Origin: a virus
Reading direction: 5' to 3' (one strand)
DNA: 64,000 bases
Virus record (IMG/VR): IMGVR_UViG_3300047089_000244
Location: 32,001 to 96,000 of that record
Shown here: piece after piece, positions 20,401 through 29,200 of the stretch
Layout: every line of letters starts with the position of its first letter
Position numbering within the stretch: the stretch's first letter is position 1
Notes under the pieces: generated by a model
Seen by the model: only the letters and a program-made list of their open reading frames with translations
Told to the model about the DNA's origin: nothing
The model's database searches: none
Position numbers and translations under genes: made by a program

Positions 20401-22915
20401 CAACAGAATATGGAGGACTCTGATTCTGAATGTCCTCCCAAGGATAGTGACGCTGATTATCTGCGACAGGCCACGGCTCTGTATTTTGAAGAGGTCCTTG
20501 ATCGAACTTAACATCAGCCTCTCGCGTCCAGAGAGACTCGTACGGTTCCATATTGTTAGTGCGTGAAGTGGTAGGCATCGTGTTACCAAAGGGGAACAAT
20601 TGTCCCTCTACATGTTTCAGGCGCGGATCAGCCTCAATAAAGGGGGCCGTCTTGTGACCTCCGGTAGCTATGATGCTCCCATCGGGGTCAATCTCAATCC
20701 CGGTATGCCAATCAACATGCTTTGGATCAATGCCTAGAGATTGAACATAATCGGGATGGGATTGAGGGCCAAGGGGATGCTGCAATCCATCCGTGTCGAA
20801 TTGATTTGGGTCATAGGTATTCCAAGTATGAGGCTCGCCACCAATCACGATTCCTCTACCCTTCATACCTGGAGTCCAATTAAGATTATTCTTCGGTGGC
20901 TCTGGCTCACCTATACCCAGGATGTCCTCCATTTCCCCTGAAATCTTCGCTCCCTGATGAACTGGTCCAAAACCAGTCCCCCTCTCAGGTAGAATTAAGC
21001 CCGGATATTGAGTTGATGGATGCAACAAAGCTTGTTGATTGGGTTGTGGACCCTCCATCTGGTATACATATTTCATCATCTTCTCTGATTGATTCTCGTT
21101 TCGTGGCTCATCACGATGAATCATCCATTGCTTGTTGCAGTGAGTGCAAAAAGCATCTTCGCTTATTGGGTCCGCCATGATCTCATTACCGCACTGAGGG
21201 CATTGAAGTCCTATTGGGTTGACAACTGCACTCGTCCACTCGGTCGGGAACACGTCTTTGCCAGGCTGGTCGAGACGCGGGTCCGGTCCCTTCGGCTGCT
21301 CCTGCTCGATCTTCCTCCAGGTGAGTCCCGGCTTGCTTCCTATCGGGCCATTCGGTACCTCGCCCATGGCCTGCTCGTACTGAGGGCGCATGATGTGCTG
21401 GACCTGCTCGGGCGGGTAGCCCTGGCCCACAAGCGCCTGGTGCATCGTCTCGGCGTATGGCGTCTCCAGGCCCTTCTGGATGCGGTTCAGTGTGTGCCAG
21501 CCGAGGTCGCGGATGGGTTCCTTCCAGTAGCCCTGCTGCGCGATCTCCGCTGCGTGCGGTTCGCCGTAGTCCTCCGGGTAGCGGTACTGACCGTAGCCCT
21601 GTTCGAGATGCTCGATGGGGACATGGATCGGGTTGTCGTAGGGTGAGCCACCCTCGTCCGGGACGCCATGGTGCTTCATCCAAGCGTCGAGCATCTTGTT
21701 CGTCTCGTCCATGTGTCCCGGCATGGCATGCGTGAGCCCTTCACCTTTGAGGCGCTGATCCTCTTCTTCGTACTTCATGCCCTCATCGCGTTCAGCGTGG
21801 ATGTTGTGATGGATCTCGTCCCAGTTCACCAGTTCGGGATCGATGAGATTCGGTGTGGTGTCCGACACGTCGGGTCCTCCAAACCAAGCCTCCATGATGT
21901 CTTTGTGCTGCGGACCCTTGTTGGCGACTTCTTCGTAATGGGGATCGGTACGCTCTGCCTCTGGGATTTCATTCCACTCGCGAGCATCCTCTAGCTTGCG
22001 TTTGTTTTCAGGCCCGATGATATGCTTGGTTGTCCAGTCTCGAATCTGCTCAGGGTTCCATCCCTCCTGGGCCATCCGGTCTTGCATTTCTGCGAGATGC
22101 TGATCATTATCGAGTATGAGCTTCGTGTGCCATGTCTCCCAATTGGTCCACCCGTGGTGATCTGCTGTCTTGATAGCGGCAAACATACGTTGCAAAAGAC
22201 TTGGCTGCTGAGGTCCATCGAAAGCATGCATCTCTGATCCACTTGGCTGATGAGGGACCTGAACTGGATTGATGTTATGGTGCATCGATGGAGTTTCGCT
22301 ACCGCAATGATCACATTGCGTGTGGCCATCTACGAATTCGAGCAGGTCGCCATTGCAATGCGGGCAGCGTCCTTGTAGTGTGTTAATAGGCCAATCAATG
22401 GCTGAGAGTAGGACATGACCGTGTGTGTATTCATCACGACCATGTGCCCCCGTATCGTATGGGTCCGTGTGCTCGGTGCCCATGATCGTTCCCTCTGTGA
22501 GTGGAGCACCTGGAATCTGCGGGCGTAGCTCAGCAGGACCCCCGCTCTGTTCAGAAGAGATCCCAGTCGGATCAATGAACGTACCACAGCGGGGGCACTG
22601 GATATCGCTCGTACGCATATGGCAGGTCGGACACTCTAGCTCGTCACCAATAAAGGTCGTCAGGATGGTATGTCCGCCTGGGGGAGCCAGGATACCCTCA
22701 CCATCAGGATTGCCCCCGGCGTCCTTACCAGTTGCCATGTCTACCATGTTGCGTAGTGTACCCTCGCTCTGGACAGGGTTAGGCTGCATACGAAATAGGC
22801 GCTTGCCACCGCAATCGGGACATGCACCACCCTGGATCTCACCACGAGGACTAATCTGAAAGTGATGACCGCAATCTTGGCACTGCGACAGTTCGGGATT
22901 AGAGAAATCAGGCAT
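17420..22915 (-). CDS. Giant multi-Zn-ribbon polyvalent/head-cargo protein
   Basis: About 1830 aa, seven paired CxxC ribbons, a GWTNWETW..LDND domain, a W-PG repeat domain, C-terminal HFTPREQRELIDEDGMARNSDMLDLEGTHY. Confidence 0.75.
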   Translation of the reverse strand: MPDFSNPELSQCQDCGHHFQISPRGEIQGGACPDCGGKRLFRMQPNPVQSEGTLRNMVDMATGKDAGGNPDGEGILAPPGGHTILTTFIGDELECPTCHMRTSDIQCPRCGTFIDPTGISSEQSGGPAELRPQIPGAPLTEGTIMGTEHTDPYDTGAHGRDEYTHGHVLLSAIDWPINTLQGRCPHCNGDLLEFVDGHTQCDHCGSETPSMHHNINPVQVPHQPSGSEMHAFDGPQQPSLLQRMFAAIKTADHHGWTNWETWHTKLILDNDQHLAEMQDRMAQEGWNPEQIRDWTTKHIIGPENKRKLEDAREWNEIPEAERTDPHYEEVANKGPQHKDIMEAWFGGPDVSDTTPNLIDPELVNWDEIHHNIHAERDEGMKYEEEDQRLKGEGLTHAMPGHMDETNKMLDAWMKHHGVPDEGGSPYDNPIHVPIEHLEQGYGQYRYPEDYGEPHAAEIAQQGYWKEPIRDLGWHTLNRIQKGLETPYAETMHQALVGQGYPPEQVQHIMRPQYEQAMGEVPNGPIGSKPGLTWRKIEQEQPKGPDPRLDQPGKDVFPTEWTSAVVNPIGLQCPQCGNEIMADPISEDAFCTHCNKQWMIHRDEPRNENQSEKMMKYVYQMEGPQPNQQALLHPSTQYPGLILPERGTGFGPVHQGAKISGEMEDILGIGEPEPPKNNLNWTPGMKGRGIVIGGEPHTWNTYDPNQFDTDGLQHPLGPQSHPDYVQSLGIDPKHVDWHTGIEIDPDGSIIATGGHKTAPFIEADPRLKHVEGQLFPFGNTMPTTSRTNNMEPYESLWTREADVKFDQGPLQNTEPWPVADNQRHYPWEDIQNQSPPYSVVVQPSDMGLHGAHTNRNSILSFLDAHVNGTPVRGHGGPIITKYGFRSSPDFGKPMVVAVHDPAHLPIAVEAVQHRNGESTGIHDLATKIQSGEIAPPPGIDPHTLQPLPGAIPEQPGPRTTPGIDQATSHIASFWSTLGEAALPVAGLALAPETGGASLALDAGEAGALLGGEAAGAGLAEGAGAAVADGSSTAGGLMSKAMSGAGGVAKAEGVSSLVNQGVGMAGNALGGGQAQQGGSGGGYSGPLQQFTHVLAAFVESDYETPSSVPDIGVKHDDPQDVDQKEFNDQDKSPENPMNPNLQDSGASGEDEVRKDMGKPSQGQFSEESPGIQRMEMLMPLIEKYYHSDESGADDPMLKGLHEMLEAENPGYLNSADAEAAERFMQNKKKPEHVHAGTVHEAIMPPMQQGNLQAQQQALDPTALNPSMQPQAPSSQTPPGGMQQQGHCPNCGGVTQTDGSCPQCGVAAAPQAQPVPGGPSMAPHPQTFAHTDLLASLVDSANHQGPVTPEQIAAVQQYLIQEGRVDEVPNVPLDPGNPEYAKILSEVQGNPMNVPTVTPEEQTQPPAPQPAAPGGMPVPGMAPGESGGQPMQPMSSFLPDFTAADNIAPRCPQCGSATTGIIGDADHHAKCHSCQNVWKLNNVLSDENYGQTSIAKTALRDERQHGGQANEQANPIGVPAAEQEGQQDQGGDEDSSLTWKDSTGAPLKAGQQYQMINPSFSLPDLIRVERVKPDGLDVTLLGTYANDPSQHDPNMLTSSTPISKQDMELQQLSFEPVEQTADDRNNEPPPGSQAPGHAQVPPSGQTTDEQAASEPQMAAQSSVDPDCPRCGHREFTSAMITAEATEHSCFRCGHDWVTEEKDDYSHLGVAQREEWTNPSAEWLHEDGDAEDFSPRRTEMSRAAVQSRNISDIAEKDERLRAVHEHLQNERTARKERVAGKHFTPREQRELIDEDGMARNSDMLDLEGTHYRVRDDYESKTNPERVRDADLFLGI

Positions 22916-22987
22916 CAATCTTTATGACGCCGATGGACGGGGCTATGATGGGCCAAAGACTAAAGGGTAACTTTCTTCTGTGACTAA

Positions 22988-23992
22988 TCAAACCACTGTG
23001 ACGAATCCAAATTCTCCTAAGATTTCTGCCAATTCTTTCGGAGTTACGGTAACTCCCGTAACCGATTTTCGTTTCGACCCCGATTCTTTATCAAATATGC
23101 GAAATGTGCCACCCCCAGAAAGCAAAGTCAACGAAGGAGCACTAAAATCTCCAAGGATGAGAGGGGTTTCGGTTGAAGAGTTAGCTATGTATAGCTTATT
23201 TGATCCTTCCTCATTACGCCCAGCTTCATATCCGATGAAGACGCTGGCGTTCCCTTTGTTTTTTAGTCCGGTACCCCAACCCACGGCAGTGTTGTGTTCG
23301 CTTTTCAATGTTTCTCGAAGGGCGTTCATACCAACAACCGTATTGCGCGATCCTTCTTTATTTTTTTCTAGTGTGTGGACCCCGACACTGGTATTTTCTT
23401 CTGCTTCTTTGTTTCCACTTATTTGTGCTTCAAACCCGATTGCCGTATTAGCTGCGCCGATTTCGTTAGCTATGAGTGCCCTAGCGCCTACGGCAGTATT
23501 TTCATCTCCAATTGTAGTATTCTTCGCTGCTTGAAAGCCAACAGCGGTATTCGTGCCGACGCCGGTGTTTTTTTCTAGTGCTTCTACACCTATTCCCGTG
23601 TTTTCACTACCAGTTTCAGTGGATCGAAGAGCGCGGTAGCCGTAAGCGGTGTTAGAAGTGGAAGTGACCGTTTTCGATAAAGCTTCGTGTCCAGCGACGG
23701 TGTTCTTTTCTTTGGCCGGTTCGGTAACGCCCCCTCCTCCACCGCCTTCTCCTGCTTTTGCTACTAGACTCCACCATTCACCAAGTTCGCTCGGTTTATG
23801 ATTTTTGTTAGTTGCTTTGAGGCTCGCGTATGTGCTGCCACCTTCTTCCGTGGCATCTCCTTTGGCATATGTAGTCGCACTTGACCACGCACCTCGGAAA
23901 TTGAATTCTCCAGTAGGTCCTGTTGCACCCGTTTTACCTTCTTTACCTTCTTGAAACTGAAGTGCCCAAAGGTTACTAGTCGCCGACGCCAT
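22988..23992 (-). CDS. Fibre protein with short collagen-like region and trimeric beta-roll (NTAxG) repeats
   Basis: GKEGKTGATGPTG, FRGAWSSATTYAKGD, repeated NTAVG-x-x-AL units. Confidence 0.75.
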   Translation of the reverse strand: MASATSNLWALQFQEGKEGKTGATGPTGEFNFRGAWSSATTYAKGDATEEGGSTYASLKATNKNHKPSELGEWWSLVAKAGEGGGGGGVTEPAKEKNTVAGHEALSKTVTSTSNTAYGYRALRSTETGSENTGIGVEALEKNTGVGTNTAVGFQAAKNTTIGDENTAVGARALIANEIGAANTAIGFEAQISGNKEAEENTSVGVHTLEKNKEGSRNTVVGMNALRETLKSEHNTAVGWGTGLKNKGNASVFIGYEAGRNEEGSNKLYIANSSTETPLILGDFSAPSLTLLSGGGTFRIFDKESGSKRKSVTGVTVTPKELAEILGEFGFVTVV

Positions 23993-24399
23993 TAGACGCG
24001 GCCCTTCTCCTGAGCACGAGCAAAGACACGGAACACTTTCTGTTCAACTTCGCCGTTGGTGTAGACCAATCGAAAGTAAGGCGCGAGGGCAAAGATTTGA
24101 AACCCTTCGTTTTCTTTCGCTTTGAGAGTAATTGTTGTGATAGCATCCCAGTGCGCTTTTTCAATCGCCTTTTCTTCATTTTCATGATTTTGTGGATAGT
24201 CAAAGCTTTGTTGGATTTCAAGTTTGCCTGCTTGATCTGCGTAAACCGAACCTGTAACAAATTCAGCGAAGTCAGTTTGTGTAGGTTGCCCGGTCCAAAC
24301 TTCTTTGGCTTTCAATGGTGGAAAGTTCTGCACGCCGGGATAGCCCTCAGCATTCGTAGAAGGTGCTGCTTCAGTGTCGTAGACGCTATAATGTGCCAT
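23992..24399 (-). CDS. Putative virion structural protein
   Basis: Late motif upstream; APYFRLVYTNG beta-sandwich-like motif. Confidence 0.6.
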   Translation of the reverse strand: MAHYSVYDTEAAPSTNAEGYPGVQNFPPLKAKEVWTGQPTQTDFAEFVTGSVYADQAGKLEIQQSFDYPQNHENEEKAIEKAHWDAITTITLKAKENEGFQIFALAPYFRLVYTNGEVEQKVFRVFARAQEKGRV

Positions 24400-24457
24400 C
24401 GCTTGTTATGAGCGAGAAGCAGAAGGTTTGTAAGCGCAACATCGCTACACTGGACTC

Positions 24458-24655
24458 ATGGACCGAACTGGATACCTGCCTCGCTTCCATCCTCTGATCT
24501 GTGATCACCAAGGCGTGATGGCTTGGTGGATCTGCGATGGACACGCTGATACAGAACATAGCGAGGCAATGCCCTACATCGATGAACCTTGCGTGGATGA
24601 GGATGAGGCGAGGGAGCTTGCTATACTCCTCAACGAGGAATATGAACAGGAGTAG
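24458..24655 (+). CDS. Hypothetical protein (leaderless)
   Basis: TACACT 24446-51, 6 nt before ATG. Confidence 0.55.
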   Translation: MDRTGYLPRFHPLICDHQGVMAWWICDGHADTEHSEAMPYIDEPCVDEDEARELAILLNEEYEQE

Positions 24656-24658
24656 AAC

Positions 24659-25051
24659 ATGTCTGTAGTCGTGAAGTACAATTCAAACAACAGCGGCGGT
24701 AGTTGGTGGTTATCCCCTGAAAATTGGGAGGCGCTAGCTGAGGCTGGCTGGAATGTCCATTGGTGTTCACCGGCTGATAATCGGCCATATAGTGCTTACG
24801 ATGAACCCCTCAAGCCATGTCCAAAACAAGAGGGCGCGACCTGGTTAGGCGCTGTTGCTACTTCAGCAGCTAAGGAATTCGATAACCCAAAGGATGCCAT
24901 CCCTGAGTTTGAGCGTGTTACGGGACAAGACGCATCAGATATTGGATGCAACTGCTGTGGTCCTCCGCACGAATTCGAATACAAAGACGAGGATGGCGGG
25001 ATTCATTACGCCTCGGCTCATGTAACAGAAACGAGCATTGGCTTTGCCTAG
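24659..25051 (+). CDS. Phage hypothetical protein (NNSGG family)
   Basis: YNSNNSGGSWWL and GCNCCGPPH motifs; SD AGGAG. Confidence 0.7.
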   Translation: MSVVVKYNSNNSGGSWWLSPENWEALAEAGWNVHWCSPADNRPYSAYDEPLKPCPKQEGATWLGAVATSAAKEFDNPKDAIPEFERVTGQDASDIGCNCCGPPHEFEYKDEDGGIHYASAHVTETSIGFA

Positions 25052-25640
25052 GACGGCTCTGATAGCAGTTGATGTTCAGAATGATTATCTGCCCGAGGGG
25101 CCACTTGGCTCCCCCGACAGTGATCGCATTATTGAACCGCTAGTTGAGTACGCGACATTGGCTGCTGATGTCGTGATCTTATCTCGGAATCTACATCCAC
25201 CTGATCATCTATCCTTTAGTGATTCCAAAGCCTTTAGCGCTTCGATGCATCGCCCATGGCCCGCAAACTGCATCAAGGGGACTTCGGGTGCTAGGATTGT
25301 TTCGGATTTAGCGGCTATTGCTGCAAAAGCAGAGAACTATGTAATCACTAAGGGACTCGCCAAAGATCAAGGCGGCTACTCTGCCTTTGAAGGCGGAACA
25401 CTTCGTCCGCTTGAAAGTCTTGAGGATATTCTTCGATACGAGAAGATTACGCATATAGCTATAGGGGGCTACTGGCTTGATCAATGCGTAGCTCAGACAG
25501 CCTTCGATGCTAGTGCTCTTGGTTACTCAACGGCTATCGAGATGACCTGTACTTTGCCATATCCAGAGTTTACGCCTGATTCTCCAGAACGTAAAGAAAC
25601 ATTCGAACGACTTGCACGGGCAGGAGTAATCTGCGTCTAA
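25038..25640 (+). CDS. pncA: Nicotinamidase (isochorismatase family)
   Basis: VDVQND, HPPDHLSF, WPANC, TKG and DQCV motifs (Asp-Lys-Cys triad). Confidence 0.85.
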   Translation: MALPRTALIAVDVQNDYLPEGPLGSPDSDRIIEPLVEYATLAADVVILSRNLHPPDHLSFSDSKAFSASMHRPWPANCIKGTSGARIVSDLAAIAAKAENYVITKGLAKDQGGYSAFEGGTLRPLESLEDILRYEKITHIAIGGYWLDQCVAQTAFDASALGYSTAIEMTCTLPYPEFTPDSPERKETFERLARAGVICV

Positions 25641-25969
25641 TGCCCTCTATAGGTGAGACAAACCCATATGCGATTTCTCTCGTGCTTCATCAACATGACC
25701 GTCTTGGTTGGCGCGTTCACATGACTCCTAATGGGATCGATGGAGGTTATCCCGTTTCGATCAAACAAGCTGAGGAGCTTGCGCGTACAGCGACAGACAT
25801 TATCGATATCGCCGCGACACAAGATGATAGTGTGACGACTCCCTATATGATCGTGCGCAATGGTACGACCGTTCTACGCGACGCTCTGGAGAAAGAGTTA
25901 GCGGACTCCGAGGCCAAGGCTGCTAATATAGCATCTCTACGCCGCTCGCTCGCAGAAATGACTGAGTAA
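25640..25969 (+). CDS. Hypothetical protein
   Basis: Translationally coupled within the operon. Confidence 0.6.
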   Translation: MPSIGETNPYAISLVLHQHDRLGWRVHMTPNGIDGGYPVSIKQAEELARTATDIIDIAATQDDSVTTPYMIVRNGTTVLRDALEKELADSEAKAANIASLRRSLAEMTE

Positions 25970-26166
25970 TGGATATTTTCAACCCAACAGATACGCCCAA
26001 GGATATTGCCATCTCACGCGCGATCGAACAGGCCGTTGAGATGTTCATTCTTGGGAGCCATACAAGAGCAGATCATTACTTTGACATGGCCGAAGCATTT
26101 GCACAATCGCCTGAGGAGTTATTCGCTCCCACTATTCAATCCAACAAGGAGACACATGTTCTTTGA
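25969..26166 (+). CDS. Hypothetical protein
   Basis: TAATG coupling. Confidence 0.55.
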   Translation: MDIFNPTDTPKDIAISRAIEQAVEMFILGSHTRADHYFDMAEAFAQSPEELFAPTIQSNKETHVL

Positions 26167-26482
26167 CGTTACGACGCAAGCCTTTGAGATCCAGATTGTC
26201 CCAGTACCGGACGATGAGGGACCTCATGTGATCTTGCAGATGCTTCTCGGTCTCACCATTCCCGGCCCTCAAGGACAGAAAGGCATTCTACCTGCCGGAG
26301 CCATCAAAGTCCCAATCGGTCGTGAGATGGCGATCAACAAGGCCAAGGAATTGCTGGAGATTGCCGAAGCTCTCCCGGAGCCCAAGCCCGAGAGCGATTT
26401 GATCATCGCGGGCAACATGGATCAAGCAAAGCAGGTTGCCGACATAGACGACGCTATACGTAGCGGGACCATCCCCGAGTAG
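26156..26482 (+). CDS. Hypothetical protein
   Basis: SD AAGGAG upstream of ATG 26156. Confidence 0.6.
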   Translation: MFFDVTTQAFEIQIVPVPDDEGPHVILQMLLGLTIPGPQGQKGILPAGAIKVPIGREMAINKAKELLEIAEALPEPKPESDLIIAGNMDQAKQVADIDDAIRSGTIPE

Positions 26483-26483
26483 C

Positions 26484-27089
26484 ATGGCTGTCCTCTCAGA
26501 CCGTGACATTCGACGGAGGCTCCGGGAGCACAAGCCCGGAGTCTTCGTTACTCACGATGGGTATCCTCGCGATCTCGGCATCTCGCCTTGCGAGGATCAT
26601 CAGATCCAGCCAGCCAGCATCGATTTGACGTTAGCCGACGAATGGCGCATATATCCAGGGTCAGGTGATTGGATACCTCCGCTAGACATACCGATCGATA
26701 TGGATGCCGCCAAGAGTATCGAGACGGAGAAGATCATCGCGGATGAGTTTCTGCTTCGCCCGCATCAGTTACTCTTATGCTCGACACAGGAGTACGTGGA
26801 CATCCCGTACGACATCCAAGCTCAAGTGCATGGCAAGTCTTCGCTTGGTCGGCTTGGACTTCTTGTCCACGTCACGGCCGGGTTCATCGATCCAGGCTTC
26901 AAAGGGAAAATCACCTTGGAGATGTACAACCTGAACAACAGGTCTATCCTCTTGCGCGCGGGCAAATCAATCTGTCAGCTATCGATGACCCAACTTACGC
27001 ATCCCGCCGAGTTCCCGTACGGTCATGAGAAACTCAACTCGAAGTACCAGGACCAGCGCGAAGTGGTCGGCTCGCGTTACGATGGATGA
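26484..27089 (+). CDS. dcd: dCTP deaminase
   Basis: LSDRDI, IQPASIDLTL, GKSSLGRLGL, AGFIDPGFKG.ITLE and KYQDQ motifs. Confidence 0.95.
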   Translation: MAVLSDRDIRRRLREHKPGVFVTHDGYPRDLGISPCEDHQIQPASIDLTLADEWRIYPGSGDWIPPLDIPIDMDAAKSIETEKIIADEFLLRPHQLLLCSTQEYVDIPYDIQAQVHGKSSLGRLGLLVHVTAGFIDPGFKGKITLEMYNLNNRSILLRAGKSICQLSMTQLTHPAEFPYGHEKLNSKYQDQREVVGSRYDG

Positions 27090-27106
27090 TCTGATACACT
27101 CGCGGT

Positions 27107-27388
27107 ATGATCCTTGAGATCGAATACGAGCAGGCTCTTCAAGGGATCGGTCCGACCCTAGAAGCGGTCGCACATGAACGCGAAAAGCAACTGAAAAAGT
27201 GGGGTACCCAGGACCACGATCCCAAGATGTGGCTGGCTATACTCGGTGAGGAGTACGGCGAGGTCTGCAAGGAGGTTGCGGAGACCCACGTCAAAGACTT
27301 CGACCGTGACGCATACCGTAAAGAGTGTCTACATACGGCTGCCGTGGCTCTGGCTATGGTCCAGTGCATTGACGACGGGATCGCTTGA
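27107..27388 (+). CDS. MazG-like nucleotide pyrophosphohydrolase
   Basis: WLAILGEEYGEVCKE...RKECLHTAAV; leaderless. Confidence 0.8.
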   Translation: MILEIEYEQALQGIGPTLEAVAHEREKQLKKWGTQDHDPKMWLAILGEEYGEVCKEVAETHVKDFDRDAYRKECLHTAAVALAMVQCIDDGIA

Positions 27389-27419
27389 CTTTGCTTCTAG
27401 TATGCTCTATACTATGCGT

Positions 27420-27570
27420 ACGCACACCAAATATACCTCATAAACCCCGCCACGAACCGTAAGCGCTACATGCCAGGATTACCGTGGTACCGGGGGAGGA
27501 ACGGCTAAAGGTGCGTAGCTGAGTCGGGACCGCTCGACAAAGCCGATGAGCCGCCTTCGGGCGGCTTTTC
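27420..27570 (+). ncRNA. Candidate small RNA 1
   Basis: TTGACT(27385)-N17-TATACT(27408) promoter, no credible ORF, internal stems, ends in terminator GAGCCGCC-TTCG-GGCGGCTTTT. Confidence 0.55.
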
Positions 27571-27612
27571 TCGTTCTCTTGACTTCGTAGCATAAGCTGG
27601 TATACTATGTCT

Positions 27613-29055
27613 ATGACCTCCTCTAAGACGTTTCCTCCCACACCTGAGCAGCAAGCCGCGCTCGACGCCTTCGTCACCGGCCAGAACATGGTGATCGAGG
27701 CTGGCGCAGGCACCGGCAAGACTACCACCCTGCGCCTCCTGGCCGAGTCCACCGATAACCAGGGCATCTACGTCGTCTACAACAAGGCTGCGCAGACAGA
27801 TGCGGCATCCTCCTTCCCCACTAACGTTCAGGTCCGCACCGCCCACTCACTGGCCTTCGGTGCGGTCAAGAATGGCAAGAAGGGGGGCCTCATGGGCCGC
27901 CTGAACGGGAACCGCCTCCCGAGTAAGGCGTGCGTCAACATCCTGGACATCCCCGCTGGGTTCCAAGCTGACGAAGATCATTTCATCCCCGACTGGATCA
28001 TCGCTCGCTCCGCCCTCGACGCCGTAGGACGCTTCTGCAACAGCGCTGACGATGAGGTCAACGAGTACCACGTCCCTAAAATCGACGGGCTAGAGGATCA
28101 GCGCTCCTACAAACAGTACGTGGTCACCTACGCGAAGAAGGCATGGGACGACCTCAACAGTCTCTCCGGCAAGCTCCAGTTCAAGCACGACCACTACCTC
28201 AAGATTTGGGCGCTGTCGCGTCCGACTCTTCGCTGCGACTTCGTGATGCTGGACGAGGCGCAGGACGCCAACCCCGTCATTGCCAAGGTGGTCGAGGACC
28301 AGGAGATGCAGCAAGTCATGGTCGGCGATCGCTGCCAAGCTATCTACGGGTGGCGCGGGGCAGTAGACGCGATGAGCGACTTCGATGCCGAAAATCGCAT
28401 GATCCTCTCGCAGAGCTTCCGCTTTGGTCCGGCTGTCGCCGAGCAGGCCAACAAGTTCCTTGACCTGCTAGATGCCCCGCTGCGCCTTAGCGGGTTCGAG
28501 AAGATTGCCTCGACGGTCGGAATCGTCCAAGAGCCCGATGCAATCCTCTGCCGCACAAATGCTTCGGTCATCGAGAACGCGATGAGCGCACAGGCCGGTG
28601 GTAAGCGTGTCGCAATCGTCGGCGGAACACGCGAGATCGAGGAGTTCACCAAGGCAGCACGCGACCTGATGGAAGGCAGTAGTGTCAGCCATCGGGATCT
28701 GGTAGCCTTCAAGTCCTGGAACGAGGTCGTCGCCTACGCCAAAAGCGAGGAGGGGCGCGATCTGCGCGTCATGGTCAGTTTGATCGAGAACTACAGCGTT
28801 GAGGCGATCCTGTCGGTCTGTCAGGCGAGCGTCAATGAGAGTTCCGCCGACATCATCGTCTCGACGGCCCACAAGGCCAAGGGACGCGAGTGGGACCACG
28901 TTCGCATCAGCAACGATTTCACGGCTCCCGAGGAAGGCGAGGTGCCCTCGCGTCCGGAGCTTATGCTAGCCTATGTAGCCGTGACAAGGGCGAAAATCAC
29001 ACTTGACCAAGGGGCACTCTCCTGGGTCAACGACTACATCAAGGTGGCAGCATGA
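27613..29055 (+). CDS. UvrD/Rep-like SF1 helicase
   Basis: AGAGTGKTT, DEAQD, VGDRCQAIYGWRGA, STAHKAKGREW and YVAVTRA motifs; leaderless start after TATACT 27601. Confidence 0.93.
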   Translation: MTSSKTFPPTPEQQAALDAFVTGQNMVIEAGAGTGKTTTLRLLAESTDNQGIYVVYNKAAQTDAASSFPTNVQVRTAHSLAFGAVKNGKKGGLMGRLNGNRLPSKACVNILDIPAGFQADEDHFIPDWIIARSALDAVGRFCNSADDEVNEYHVPKIDGLEDQRSYKQYVVTYAKKAWDDLNSLSGKLQFKHDHYLKIWALSRPTLRCDFVMLDEAQDANPVIAKVVEDQEMQQVMVGDRCQAIYGWRGAVDAMSDFDAENRMILSQSFRFGPAVAEQANKFLDLLDAPLRLSGFEKIASTVGIVQEPDAILCRTNASVIENAMSAQAGGKRVAIVGGTREIEEFTKAARDLMEGSSVSHRDLVAFKSWNEVVAYAKSEEGRDLRVMVSLIENYSVEAILSVCQASVNESSADIIVSTAHKAKGREWDHVRISNDFTAPEEGEVPSRPELMLAYVAVTRAKITLDQGALSWVNDYIKVAA

Positions 29056-29200
29056 CCGAAGAAGAGCAGGTATTCCAGAAGCTCATCAAGGCCGCTCGCA
29101 ACTCATTGGAGCGAGCAGCGAAAGGCCACAACGATCATTGGCAGCCTCTTAGTGATGCACTCGATGAGGCTCAAGAGTATGAGACAGAGGTGACAGAGTA

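Noticed and set aside
21089-21994. Several long overlapping alternative-frame ORFs
   Set aside because: Shadow ORFs caused by high GC3 in the real minus-strand gene. The same applies to those over the helicase, MCP and protease genes.
27414-27443. Leader peptide MRTHTKYTS (attenuator)
   Set aside because: The ATG abuts the -10 box and lies upstream of the predicted +1 (about 27420), so it would not be transcribed.
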